A stretch of DNA of 64,000 bases from an uncultured delta proteobacterium (GTDB lineage: Bacteria; Myxococcota_A; Polyangia; Polyangiales; Polyangiaceae): the NCBI GenBank assembly GCA_963850305.1, contig CAWKKR010000008.1:1760001-1824000 (forward strand), read 5' to 3'. The notes under the pieces were generated by a model. It saw nothing but the letters and a program-made list of their open reading frames with translations. It made no database searches and was not told the origin of the DNA. Of the stretch, positions 1 through 10,441 are shown piece after piece. Position numbers and translations under genes: made by a program. Position 1 is the first letter of the stretch; every line of letters begins with the position of its first letter.

Positions 1-45
1 CTCGCTTTTTAGCGCACGTCGCGTCTCGGAAGACGCGCGGCCGTG

Positions 46-1590
46 TCAATCTGGCATCGCATCGCGGGTCCGTGTCACCGCGGCAATGACGCGAGGGACC
101 GCGTCCGCGATCTCGTGGGCGAGGAGCCCTCGATCCGCGCCGTCGTGCGCGAGCGACCAGTCCTCGCCGGCAACGCCGTGAACGTAAGCAGCGACGCACG
201 CGGCGCGAAAAGGGTCGTGAAGCGCAACCATGAATGCTCCGGCGATGCCGGACAGGACGTCGCCCGAGCCAGCGGTGGCGAGGGCCGGCGAGCCGGAAGG
301 GTTCACGACGGGTAGCTCGCCGGGCGCGCCGATGAGCGTGCGCATGCCCTTGAGGATCACGGATGCGCCAGATTCATCAACTGCCCGCGTCAGTGCAGAG
401 AAGCGGTCGCTCTCGACTTCCGTCGTCGTGGTGTATAGGAGACGCGCCATCTCACCCGGGTGCGGCGTGAGGAGGAGCTTCCCTCTCGCCGTTCGAAGTT
501 CCGGCAACCGACCCGAAAAATGCGTGAGCGCGTCCGCGTCGACGACGATCAGCCCCGGGTGTGACAGCACCACATGCTCCACGATCTGGCGCGCTTCCGC
601 GTCCAGTCCCACGCCGGGCCCGATGACGACGGCATTCGCGCCGGCAAGGTTCTCGTCCAGTGAAGCCCGGAGCCGCGTCCGATCGAGCCGCGCGGTCATC
701 TCTTCGAGCACGCGCCGATCGAGCGCCTCCGCGACCTCCGGCAACGCGCAAAGTGTGACGAGACCGGCGCCGGCGCGGAGAGCACCGCGTGCGACGAGCA
801 ACGCCGCGCCAGTTCTGCCCGGCGATCCCGCGACGATCGCGACCTTGCCCGCCGCGCCCTTGTGTGTGGACACGGGCCGTCGCGAGAGCCACGCGGCGAC
901 GTCCACGCGTTCGAGCATGCGGGCGCTCGAACCGGACACAGCCGGCTCCGGAATTCCGATATCGACGACGGAGACGCGTCCTGCACGCTCGGCGCCGGCC
1001 GACGTCGCGAGCCCGAGCTTCGATGCCGCGAAGGTCACGGTTTGATCTGCGCTCACTGCGACGCCCCGGGGTCGCCCGGTGTTCGCGTCGAGCCCCGATG
1101 GAACGTCGAGCGCGACTCGAAAGCCTTCCGCGCGGTTCATACGGCCTATCACCGACGCGAAAAATCCGGTTACGTCGCGATCGAGCCCGGTGCCGAGGAG
1201 CGCGTCCACCACGATCGTCGCGCGTGCGAACTCGTCGTCGAGCTCGTCGAGCGTCATGTCCAAACACTCCACGATGCGTCCGCCGACAGCCGCGAATGCG
1301 TCGTGATTCGCGAGCGCGTCGCCCACGAGCTTTTCGCGGCGCGAGGCGAGGAGCACGATGACGTCCTTGCCGGCCGCGAGAAGTCGCCGCGCGACGACCA
1401 AGCCGTCGCCGCCGTTGTTGCCGCCACCGCAGACGATCGCGACGCGGCCTGGCCGCCGGGCGAGCCGCGCGAGGACGATCTCCGTCGCGCCGCGTCCGGC
1501 GTTCTCCATCAGGACGAGACTCGGTACGCCTGCGTCGATGGCGCTTCGGTCGAGCGCCCGGACTTGCTCGCGCGAGAGAACGGGTTTCAC
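46..1590 (-). CDS. nnr: Bifunctional NAD(P)H-hydrate epimerase/dehydratase
   Basis: YjeF-N motifs LMENAG, GNNGGDG, DALLGTG, DVPSG, plus dehydratase motifs HKG, DADAL, TPHPGEM, GSGDVLSG. Confidence 0.95.
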   Translation of the reverse strand: MKPVLSREQVRALDRSAIDAGVPSLVLMENAGRGATEIVLARLARRPGRVAIVCGGGNNGGDGLVVARRLLAAGKDVIVLLASRREKLVGDALANHDAFAAVGGRIVECLDMTLDELDDEFARATIVVDALLGTGLDRDVTGFFASVIGRMNRAEGFRVALDVPSGLDANTGRPRGVAVSADQTVTFAASKLGLATSAGAERAGRVSVVDIGIPEPAVSGSSARMLERVDVAAWLSRRPVSTHKGAAGKVAIVAGSPGRTGAALLVARGALRAGAGLVTLCALPEVAEALDRRVLEEMTARLDRTRLRASLDENLAGANAVVIGPGVGLDAEARQIVEHVVLSHPGLIVVDADALTHFSGRLPELRTARGKLLLTPHPGEMARLLYTTTTEVESDRFSALTRAVDESGASVILKGMRTLIGAPGELPVVNPSGSPALATAGSGDVLSGIAGAFMVALHDPFRAACVAAYVHGVAGEDWSLAHDGADRGLLAHEIADAVPRVIAAVTRTRDAMPD

Positions 1591-1620
1591 GGGCTACTGG
1601 GAGGCGTCGTCGATGCGGAA

Positions 1621-4600
1621 CTACTGATCATTCGAGAACTCCCAATCGTACCCGAGGAGCTCCGCCTTCGGTGTCGGAAGCGACTCCCCGTTGGGGCCGT
1701 CCCGGCGCACGACGATGGTGTGGCGAGATGCCGTATCCTCGTTCTCGCGCGCGACGACGTTGATGACGTTGACGCCCGGGCTCAACGCGACGTCGAGTCC
1801 GAAGGCGAGCTTGGTCGGGTCGGCACTTTTCTTGTTGGACTGGTAGAAGACCTTACGGGATCCGACGAACACGTAGGTGTCGAGCACCTGATCGGCGTCC
1901 TGCGCCGTGCCCTCGATGCGAACGTGGTCGTCGCGGGATGCGAGCTTGGCCGGCGCGACCTGCAGGAGCGGCGGGGAACGTCCGAGGATCGGATCGAGCA
2001 AGACCTTTGCGTGCTTGCCTGGCGCGCTCTCGAGCGCCGCCGACTCGACGAAGCCGAACCGCGTGCCGCCGAGGTCCACCTTGGCGAAGTCCCCATACTT
2101 GCCGACTTCGGCCACGACGGACCCCTTCTTCAATTCGCCGATGACGCGGGCCGCGGCGAGCGGCTGCCCGCGTACCTTCGCGACCTTCGTGACATCGAGG
2201 ACGTCCTTTGCGGTCTCGATCGTCCAGCCAGTGCTCGCGACCGGTAAGGTCACCTTTTCGTTCGAAGCGACGCCGAGGTCGCGGTCGGTGATGCTGAGCT
2301 CGACCTTCACGAGGCTGTCCTTCAGGCCGTCGAGGACGTCGAAGGTGAACGCCACTTGCCGGATGTCGCCCGGGTTCATGTTCGAAATATCGAAGCGACC
2401 CGCGTGGAGCAGCAGGCCGTCCCCGGTGAGATTACGGATGTTGGCCTGCGTGTCGTATGATCGGCCCTGGCCGACGTTCTTCACGGTCAGGTACATGGTC
2501 GCGCCTTCGCCACGCGCGAGCTGCCCGTCTCCATTGCCGGGCCGGTCGTCCGCGATCTGATAGCTGTACGCGAACAGTGGCTGCGGAAGACTCTTCAGCG
2601 TCGGGCGAAACTCCGTGTCTGCCGGTGCCTCCCCGCCTTCCGCATTGAACCGGATCTTGACGATGTCTTGTCGGGTGACCGCGTTCATCGGCAAGCGACA
2701 GACACGCTGCGCGTCGTTCGGGACAGGGGTGGTCGAACCGGGCTTGTGTCCCTCGGTCTCACACCAGCCTAGGGGCGCCTTTGCCGTCACGGTCTTTCCG
2801 GGGTCGACGCTGTCCGAAGAGCAGCTCCTTCTCTTCGTAGTAGCCGCTGTCGCTCTTCGTCACGGCGCGCAGCTGGTAGATCGGGCAGGGCTGATTTGTT
2901 GGTGACCGCGACCTTCAGCGTCATGGGCTGCCCCGCCGTGACCGTGTCACCCGGGCGATCCGTCGTCACACTGACGTCGTAGTCCGTCCCCTTCGGACCG
3001 GTCTTGGTGTTCTTCGGCGCTGGCTCCCAGTCGATGCCGAGCTTCTTCAGATCCTCGCCGAGCGCGGCCATCTCCGTAGCCTGCGTTTTTTCGACGAATG
3101 GCTTGGCTGCCTGGTCTTCGTCCTGCCGGCGTCCTTCGGGCAGCTGCCCCACGAGGTCCCGTGCGAACCGCGTCGGGAAATCGAGGCGGAACTCGTCGTC
3201 CATGTCGCCGCCGCGATCGAGCTGTTCGAGCCGCTCCGCCACCGGTACGTCGTAGCGCAGCGTCATGAAAGGTTGCTCGGGCGTCGCGGTCTCGTTCGAC
3301 AGGCTCTTCATCAGATCCCGCTCGCGGGGGCGATGCTCGGAGCGGTAAAGGTCCATCTCGAGGGGGTCCGCGGTCATGCGATCGAGCTCGATGTCGGGCG
3401 TCACCCCGACGCCCTGGATCGAGACATCCCCCGGCGTCAGATATTGCGCGATCGTCAGCTTGAGCGCGGCCGAGCCCGCGATGTGCGGGAAGACGAGCTG
3501 CACGCTGCCCTTGCCGAACGTCGTTTCTCCGACGATGACGGCGCGATCGAGGTTCTTGAGCGCGCCGGCCACGATTTCGCTCGCGCTCGCGCTGGACGCG
3601 TTCACGAGGACGGCCATCGGGTAGTTCGGCTCGGTTCCACGACGCTGTGCGATCTTCTCGTCCCGTGGCTCGCTCCCGCCGACGGTCGCAACGATCACGC
3701 CGCGCTCGAGGAACTTGTCCGCGACCTTCGCCGCTTGATCGAGGAGGCCGCCCGGGTTGTCTCGCAGGTCCAGCACGAGCCCCTTCAGCCGCTGTTTCTT
3801 GTTGAGCGCGTCGAGCGCCTGGTCGAGCTCGTCGGAGGTGCTCGCCTGGAACTGCTTGATGCGGACGTAGCCGATACCAGGCGCGAGCTGTCGCGAGTCC
3901 ACCGACTCGATGTTGATCTCCTCGCGGACGAGCTCGAATGGCCTGGCGTTCGCCCAGCCGCCGTCCCCGTCGCGATGAATCCAGATGGTCACCTTCGACC
4001 CCGGCTTGCCGCGGAGGCGATCGACCGCGTCGTCGAGCGGCATGTTGAGCGTCGATTCGTTGTTGATCTTCACGATCCGATCGAGCCTCTTGAGGCCGGA
4101 GCGTCCCGCGGGCGTGCCTGGCATGGGCCGCATGATCGTGAGCATCTGATCCCGGATGGAGATGACGATGCCGAGTCCGCCAAAGTGCCCCGACGTCGAG
4201 AGGTTCATTTCCTCGAAGGCTTCGGGGCTCAGGAACACGCTGTGCGGGTCGAGCGTGCGGAGCATGCCGTTGCACGCGGCGTATTCCACCTCGCGGAGGT
4301 CGACTTCACTGCCCTTGAGGTGCTCTTGAAGGAACGCGAACACTTCGCGGAGCCGCGCCGACACGTCCCAGGGGCCCTGCACGTTGTCGACGCGGAACTG
4401 TCGCTCTTCGGTGTCCACGCGAACCGTGAGCGTCGGCGACCTCTCGTCGTGGAGGACGATGACCTGCGCGACCTCCTGCTGAATCTGATCGAGCGCGGAA
4501 AGAAACATGACGCGCGGCTTCACGCGTCGAGGGGTCCACGTACTTTTTCCGGATGAGATCCAGCGTATCGTTCACCGCCGCGAGGCGGGTGAGATCGTAG

Positions 4601-4752
4601 GCGGGCTTGTCGGTGCCGGGCGCGGTGACGGCTTGTGCTGCACCAAGCCCCTTCCAAAGTCCGCCGGTTCCGAAGTTGAGAGCCAGGTTGGTGGCCAGGG
4701 CGAACACGCCGAGGACGAACAGGGTGCGAAGGGCGCGTTCGATAAGGCGCAT
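1621..4752 (-). CDS. Large S41 carboxy-terminal protease (signal/TM, PDZ, S41, C-terminal Ig-like and SH3-like domains; MXAN_5808-like); split by about 3 indels
   Basis: N-terminus MRLIERALRTLFVLGVF at 4752; LDPHS, FGGLGIVI (PDZ), DLRDNPGG, SASASEI and TFGKGSVQ motifs; frame changes near 4525, 2885 and 2810 join ORFs 4306-4950, 2787-4523 and 1621-2790. Confidence 0.85.
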
Positions 4753-4816
4753 CGCCGGGGAGTATAGGTCGCCCCGGGTCGCGCGACACGCTTCCCGAGC
4801 GCTGCCGTCTCCGGGC

Positions 4817-6010
4817 TCAGTCCGCGCCCAGCCGGCCTGCGGAGCCGGTGGGGGGCGGCGACGAAGCGCCTTCTTCCTCCGGCGTGCTGGTTTTTTGGCT
4901 GCTGCCGGGGTCGACCACTCGAACCTGCGGCGTGTTCCCGTCCTTTTCAATCGAATATCGCACGAGTGCCCGGAGGGCCTTGTTTCGTTCGACGTTGCCG
5001 AGCAAGAGCTTCACGTCCTCGTAGACCGACGGGTCCACCATGAGCGCGCCGAACGTCCCCTTGCCGGCACGAACCCCGTCCGTGATCTCGCGAACGTCGC
5101 GAGCGATGGCGTTGAGATCCCCCATGAGCTTCTGGCTCTCGTCGTCACCATACAGGACGCTGTGCGCGATGCCGTTGCCCGTCCGAACTCCGGCAAGCGT
5201 GCTCGCCAGCTCTCCGGCGGCGCGACCGAGCTGCGCGATGGCGTCCGTCGGTCCCTGTCCATAGACGAGGTCGTGCGCGAAGCCAGGACCCTGATTCACG
5301 CGCGCGACGGTCGCCGCCGCGCCGCCGAGCATCCGGTCCAGCTCGGTCGTCGCGTGCTGCATGTTCGCGACGGCTCCGGAAATCCGGTTTGCCTCCGCGG
5401 GGTCCCGGAGGAGCCGCGAGATGTAGCCGTCTCCATCGTCCACGGACTTGAGCAAATGGCTCAGCGACTTCACCGTCGTCTTCAGATCTTCTCGCACTTC
5501 GGGGTCAGCGAAGGTGTCGGTCGTCTTCTGCAGGTTGCTCATGACCGCGTCGGCCTTCTCGCTGATCGTGCTGAGCCGATCGGTGATGGCCGACAGGTCC
5601 TGCGGCGGCTCGCTCTTCATCGTCGCGCCCGCCGGGAGCTGGGCCTGGTCGGGGCTACCGACCTTGATGACGATCATCTTGTCTCCGAGGAGTCCCTTGT
5701 TCTCGATCGTCGCAACGCTGTCCGCGCGGATGCGCACGCTCTCCGAGCTCACGACGTCGAGCGTGACACGCAGCCTGTCGTCCTTCGGGTCTTTGCCGTA
5801 GCCCACGTGCCCCACCTGCCCGACGTCGAGTCCACCCATGCGCACCGGAGCGCCGCGGGTGATCCCCTGCACGTCGTCGAACACGGCGTAATATGTCTGC
5901 TTCGTCTCGAACGCGCGCCGCTCGTCGCCGATGAGGAACACGACGAAGCCAGCGGCGACGAGACCCGCCACGACGAAGGCGCCGACCTTGACCTCACGGG
6001 GCAGAGACAC
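4817..6010 (-). CDS. mlaD: MlaD/MCE family lipid-transport protein with long helical tail
   Basis: EVKVGAFV TM segment, GITRGAPVRMGGLDVGQV, GLLGDKMI. Confidence 0.9.
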   Translation of the reverse strand: MSLPREVKVGAFVVAGLVAAGFVVFLIGDERRAFETKQTYYAVFDDVQGITRGAPVRMGGLDVGQVGHVGYGKDPKDDRLRVTLDVVSSESVRIRADSVATIENKGLLGDKMIVIKVGSPDQAQLPAGATMKSEPPQDLSAITDRLSTISEKADAVMSNLQKTTDTFADPEVREDLKTTVKSLSHLLKSVDDGDGYISRLLRDPAEANRISGAVANMQHATTELDRMLGGAAATVARVNQGPGFAHDLVYGQGPTDAIAQLGRAAGELASTLAGVRTGNGIAHSVLYGDDESQKLMGDLNAIARDVREITDGVRAGKGTFGALMVDPSVYEDVKLLLGNVERNKALRALVRYSIEKDGNTPQVRVVDPGSSQKTSTPEEEGASSPPPTGSAGRLGAD

Positions 6011-6053
6011 GGGCTCGAATCTATAGCACTGCTTGGGCGAATCATGCCCGGGA

Positions 6054-6948
6054 TCAGGACAGCAGCCGCGCCCAAAGCGGTACCGTGACCAGGGATCCGA
6101 GGACGCCGTAGCCGACGAGCGCGGCCGAAAGCTCCGGAGCCAACCCCGCGAAGGCCGCCAACGCTCCGGCCGTGATCATCGGCGGCATCGCGGCTTCCAG
6201 GATCGCCACTCTGGCGGCGATTCCGGTCGCGCCGAGCACATGAGCGACCAGCAGCGCGACGAGCGGCGATAGAACCATCTTCACGAAGAGCCCGAACGCG
6301 AACGCCGCTCCCTCCGTCGGGAGGCGCAACTCGAGCTTCAACCCCACCGCGAACATCGCGAGCGGCACGAGTGGATCGCCGAGCCCCTTCAGGATGAAGT
6401 CGAGCCCGGCGGAGTGCCGGAACGGAATCAGCGCGACGAGCAAGGCGGCGAACGGCGGAAACGTCGCGAACGCGTAGACAGATGGTCCGAAAGCTCGGAT
6501 CATTTTCTCCGGAGAATCGCGCGACGACGACGAGCCCGTACGTCGCGACGATGAGGAAGCTCCCGAGCTGATCGTAGAGCACGGCGTATCGGATCGCGTC
6601 CGCGCCGAGCAGCGCGGTGAGCATCGGGAACCCGAGGAACGACGTGTTCCCGAGCGGCGCACACAGGAGCAGCGAGCCCGCGACGCCGCGCGACCAGCCG
6701 GCGCGTCGCGCGACGATGGTGATCAGGACGAAACCTATGCCGACGAGAAGCCACGGCGTCACCACGAGCACCGCGAGACCCGCCTTCGACGTCAGCGTCG
6801 GCAAGAGCCGCAGCACGACGGCCGGCAGGCACACGTAGATGACGAATCGGTTGACCGTGTCGGCCGCGTCCCGGGGCATCGCCCCGAACCGTTTCATCCC
6901 GTAGCCCGCGGCGAGCGCCGTGAGGATCAACGCGAACGCGGGGTTCAT
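6054..6948 (-). CDS. AEC (auxin efflux carrier) family transporter, one indel near 6472
   Basis: Multiple TM segments with NRFVIYVCLPA, GNTSFLGFP, PLAMFAVG, KMVLSP and EAAMPP; spans two overlapping ORFs. Confidence 0.85.
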
Positions 6949-6951
6949 TCG

Positions 6952-7731
6952 TCAGGCGTTCAGCAGGGTCTCCACGTCTTCCTCGACCGGCGCGATGCCC
7001 TCGATGAAGTCGTGGATGCGGGGGTCCTTGGACGCGCGGAAGTCATCCGGGTGGCCCGCGCAGATGATGCGTCCGCCGTGAACCATGGCCATGTCGTCGC
7101 TGACCGTGAAGGCGCTCTTCATGTCGTGGGTCACGATGATGCTCGTGATGTTCAGCTTCCGCTGAAGCCCGGTGATGAGATGGTTCACTCGCGCCGTGTT
7201 GATCGGGTCGAGCCCCGTCGTCGGCTCGTCGTAGAGCACCACCTCGGGCCTCACGGCAATCGCGCGCGCGAGCGCGACGCGCTTTTTCATGCCGCCGGAG
7301 AGGTCCGCCGGCCACATGTCCTGGATGCCCGGCAGACCCACGAGATCGAGCGCCCACGCGACGCGCTCATCGATCTCCGCGCGGCTCATCTTGTAACGAA
7401 AATGCTCGTCCAGGCCGTACGCGACGTTCGCGCGTACGTCGAGCGAATCGAAGAGCGCGCCTCCCTGGAACAGCATCGCGATGCGCTGCCGCAGGATGGC
7501 GAGCTCCGCGCCCGTCATCGTCGTCACTTCGCGCCCGTCGAACGTCACGGAGCCAAGATCCGGCTTCAGCAGACCGATGAGCATCTTCAACATGACGCTC
7601 TTCCCGACACCGGAGCCGCCGACGATGGTGAGCGCCTTGCCGCGCATGATGTCCAGATCGAGCTGCGAATACACCACCTTCGGTCCGAACGCCTTTCGCA
7701 CGCCTCGAAACTGGATGAGGGGTGCGTCCAT
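6952..7731 (-). CDS. mlaF: MlaF-type ABC transporter ATP-binding protein
   Basis: Walker A GGSGVGKS, FQGGALFDSL, LSGGMKKRV, YDEPTTGLDP; start MDAPLIQF at 7731. Confidence 0.9.
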   Translation of the reverse strand: MDAPLIQFRGVRKAFGPKVVYSQLDLDIMRGKALTIVGGSGVGKSVMLKMLIGLLKPDLGSVTFDGREVTTMTGAELAILRQRIAMLFQGGALFDSLDVRANVAYGLDEHFRYKMSRAEIDERVAWALDLVGLPGIQDMWPADLSGGMKKRVALARAIAVRPEVVLYDEPTTGLDPINTARVNHLITGLQRKLNITSIIVTHDMKSAFTVSDDMAMVHGGRIICAGHPDDFRASKDPRIHDFIEGIAPVEEDVETLLNA

Positions 7732-7819
7732 CCGCGGGAGTCTACCCGGGAGCACCGGGCCTGCGCACGCTCGAAGGAGCGTTCGGGACGCCCCGTGCGC
7801 CGGGTGAGCTCGATTGGCT

Positions 7820-8506
7820 TCATTCTGCAATCGCGGCTTCCGCCGATGTCGTCTCGGTGCGTTCTTGCCCGGAGACTTCGAGCGTTCGTGCCCGCGCCGC
7901 GCGCTTGGCGGAGAGCTCGACGCCCACGGCGGAGAAGCCGTGCTGGTTCGCGACAGCCAGCATCGTGCCGATGCCGCAGAACGGATCGACCACGACGCGG
8001 CACGTGGTGAATGCGGAGAGGAAGCGACACGTCGCATGACACGCCTCGAGCCCCATCGCGCGCGACCACGTCATTTTTCCGAGCCGAGGCAGGACGTCCG
8101 GGGTCGACTCTTTCGGAGCGAGCCTTCGCGTTCGGGAGAATCCGAGCAGGTGCGCGTACGCGGGACGTCCAAACGTCGTGACGCCCGCGGGCGCCCGGCA
8201 GACGACTTTGTGGAATAGCAATCCCGTGCCGGCTTTCTCGGCGCCGAGCTGCACGAGGAATCCCTTGTCCACCCAGAGGCCGTCGCGCTTCACGTCGGTC
8301 TGAAAGAAAATCGCGACGGCTTCGTCCGCCAGGGCGTCACAGACGAGGGCCGCCGTGTCGGCAAACCAGCCGCGCCACGCATCGAAGCTCGTGTGTGGCA
8401 GTTCCGAGCTATCGGGCAGGGACGTCACGATCGCGTGATCCGACGGCAATCTCCCTCGCTCGAGCCAGGCGATGCCGTCTCCGTGATGGACGATTCTCGA
8501 GGGCAT
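7820..8506 (-). CDS. SAM-dependent methyltransferase-like protein (N4/N6 DNA MTase-like motif order)
   Basis: IVHHGDG..., IVTSLPD, and C-terminal VVVDPFCGIGT...GVELS; start MPSRIV at 8506. Confidence 0.65.
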   Translation of the reverse strand: MPSRIVHHGDGIAWLERGRLPSDHAIVTSLPDSSELPHTSFDAWRGWFADTAALVCDALADEAVAIFFQTDVKRDGLWVDKGFLVQLGAEKAGTGLLFHKVVCRAPAGVTTFGRPAYAHLLGFSRTRRLAPKESTPDVLPRLGKMTWSRAMGLEACHATCRFLSAFTTCRVVVDPFCGIGTMLAVANQHGFSAVGVELSAKRAARARTLEVSGQERTETTSAEAAIAE

Positions 8507-8577
8507 CGGCGCTTGAACCGGTGCGCAGACGATAACACGGGCGGGGGGCGCGACGCGACGCGCGTGCGCATTCCCGG

Positions 8578-10209
8578 CTACGACTTGCCGATGAGGTATT
8601 CCGAGTAGCACGCGCGGAGCTCGAGTTTCTTGAATTTGCCCGTCGAGGTTCGCGGGATCTGCTCGATGAAGAGGTAGTCGTCGGGGAGCCAGAACTTCGC
8701 GAAGTCGCCCTCGATATGCGCGCGGAGCTCGGCTTTCGTCGCGGTCTTGCCCGCCTTCAGGACGACCGCGGCCAGCGGTCGTTCGCCCCATTTTTCGTGG
8801 CGTGCGGCGAAGACGGCGGCCTCGAGCACGGAGGGGTGGCTCATGAGCGCATTCTCGAGAGCTTGCGTGCTGATCCACTCGCCGCCGCTCTTGATGACGT
8901 CCTTCGAGCGGTCGGTGATCTGCACGTATCCCTCGGTGTCGATGGTGACGACGTCTCCCGTTCGAAACCAGCCGTCCTTCGTGAACTTGTCGGCACCCTC
9001 GGGGCTGTCGAAATACGCCGAGGCCACCCAGGGTCCGCGGACCTCGAGCTCGCCCATCTGTTTGCCGTCCCAGGGGAGCACGCGGCCCGCGTCGTCGACG
9101 TGTCGCTGCTCGACGAAGGGCACCGCGTACCCCTGCTTCGCGCGGCGCGCGACCGTCTCCGGAGCATCGGGGTCCGCCGCTCGCTTCGCCCGCGAGATCG
9201 TGCCGACGGGGTTCATTTCCGTCATGCCCCAGCTATGGAGCATCTGGATTCCGTGACGCCGGGCATAACCTTCGAGCATCGCGGGCGGGGCCGCCGCGCC
9301 GCCGACGCCGATCATGCGGACGGACGACAAATCCCACCTCCCCGGATGCTCGTCGAGCAGCGCGAGCACGCCGAGCCACACCGTCGGCACCGCTTCCGCG
9401 AACGTGACGCGCTCCTTCGCCATCAAGTCGAGCACGGCACCCGGCGAAAGATCCGCGCCGGGGAGCACGAGCTTCGCGCCGACGCCGATCGCGACGTGCG
9501 CGAGGCCCCAGGCGTTCGCGTGGAACATCGGAACGACGGGCAGGATCGTGTCTCGCTCGCCGATACCCTTGGTGTCGGCCATGCACAGCATGAGCGAGTG
9601 CAGGGCCGTCGAGCGGTGCGAGTAGAGGACGCCCTTGGGCAGCCCCGTCGTGCCCGACGTGTAACACATGAGCGCGCCCGCGCGCTCGTCGAGCTCGGGC
9701 CAGTCGAACGTCGCGGGCTCCGCGGCGACGAGCGTCTCGTAGTCCAGATCGCCAGGCTCGCCGGGGCGCGCGCCGTCGTCGGACATGACGACGACATGCT
9801 TCAGGCTCGGTACCTCTCTTCGAAACTCCGTGAAGAGCGGCACGAGCGACGCGTCGACGATGATGACCTGATCCCCGGCGTGGCGCGCGATGTAACGGAG
9901 CTCGGTGGGGTGAAGCCTGAGATTCAACGTGTGCAGCACCGCGCCGATCCCGGGAACCGCGAAGTACGCTTCGAGGTGCCGGTGACTGTTCCAGCCGAGC
10001 GTCGCGACGCGATCTCCTGGCCGCACGCCGAGCCGGACGAGCGCGTTCGCGAGCCGGCACGTGCGGGCGTAGTACTCGGCGAAGCCGTACCGGCGGAGCG
10101 AGCCGTCGGCGACGCGACTCACGACTTCCTGCCGGGGAAAGAAGGTGTTCCCCCGCGTCAGGAAGTGCGTGAGGGTCAACGGGAAATCCATCATCAATCC
10201 AGGCAACAT
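8578..10209 (-). CDS. fadD: Long-chain/medium-chain fatty-acid--CoA ligase
   Basis: YTSGTTGLPKG, WGMTE, GWFRTGD, DRSKDVIKSGGEWIS, TGKF; start MLPGLMMDF. Confidence 0.92.
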   Translation of the reverse strand: MLPGLMMDFPLTLTHFLTRGNTFFPRQEVVSRVADGSLRRYGFAEYYARTCRLANALVRLGVRPGDRVATLGWNSHRHLEAYFAVPGIGAVLHTLNLRLHPTELRYIARHAGDQVIIVDASLVPLFTEFRREVPSLKHVVVMSDDGARPGEPGDLDYETLVAAEPATFDWPELDERAGALMCYTSGTTGLPKGVLYSHRSTALHSLMLCMADTKGIGERDTILPVVPMFHANAWGLAHVAIGVGAKLVLPGADLSPGAVLDLMAKERVTFAEAVPTVWLGVLALLDEHPGRWDLSSVRMIGVGGAAAPPAMLEGYARRHGIQMLHSWGMTEMNPVGTISRAKRAADPDAPETVARRAKQGYAVPFVEQRHVDDAGRVLPWDGKQMGELEVRGPWVASAYFDSPEGADKFTKDGWFRTGDVVTIDTEGYVQITDRSKDVIKSGGEWISTQALENALMSHPSVLEAAVFAARHEKWGERPLAAVVLKAGKTATKAELRAHIEGDFAKFWLPDDYLFIEQIPRTSTGKFKKLELRACYSEYLIGKS

Positions 10210-10441
10210 CGGATACCTCGGCCGGGGCGACGAAGCCGGAAACCGCCCCGGATGGTCGGGCATGATAGGCCCCTCCTTGCGACGAGAGGCTGTTTCGGTT
10301 ATTAGAAGGTGGAATCTCGGACGTTTCCGGCATCTTGCTCCGTTCGATTCGCGAATCGGGCAAGCAGGCGGATAGACGAGAACCCAGTAACGAAAGCAAA
10401 CATGTCGCCGTGGAGCGGACGCTCCCGGCGCAAAGTCCATA

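Noticed and set aside
7820..8506. Restriction-modification or defence system
   Set aside because: No nuclease or specificity subunit nearby, the catalytic motif is degenerate, and the context is housekeeping.
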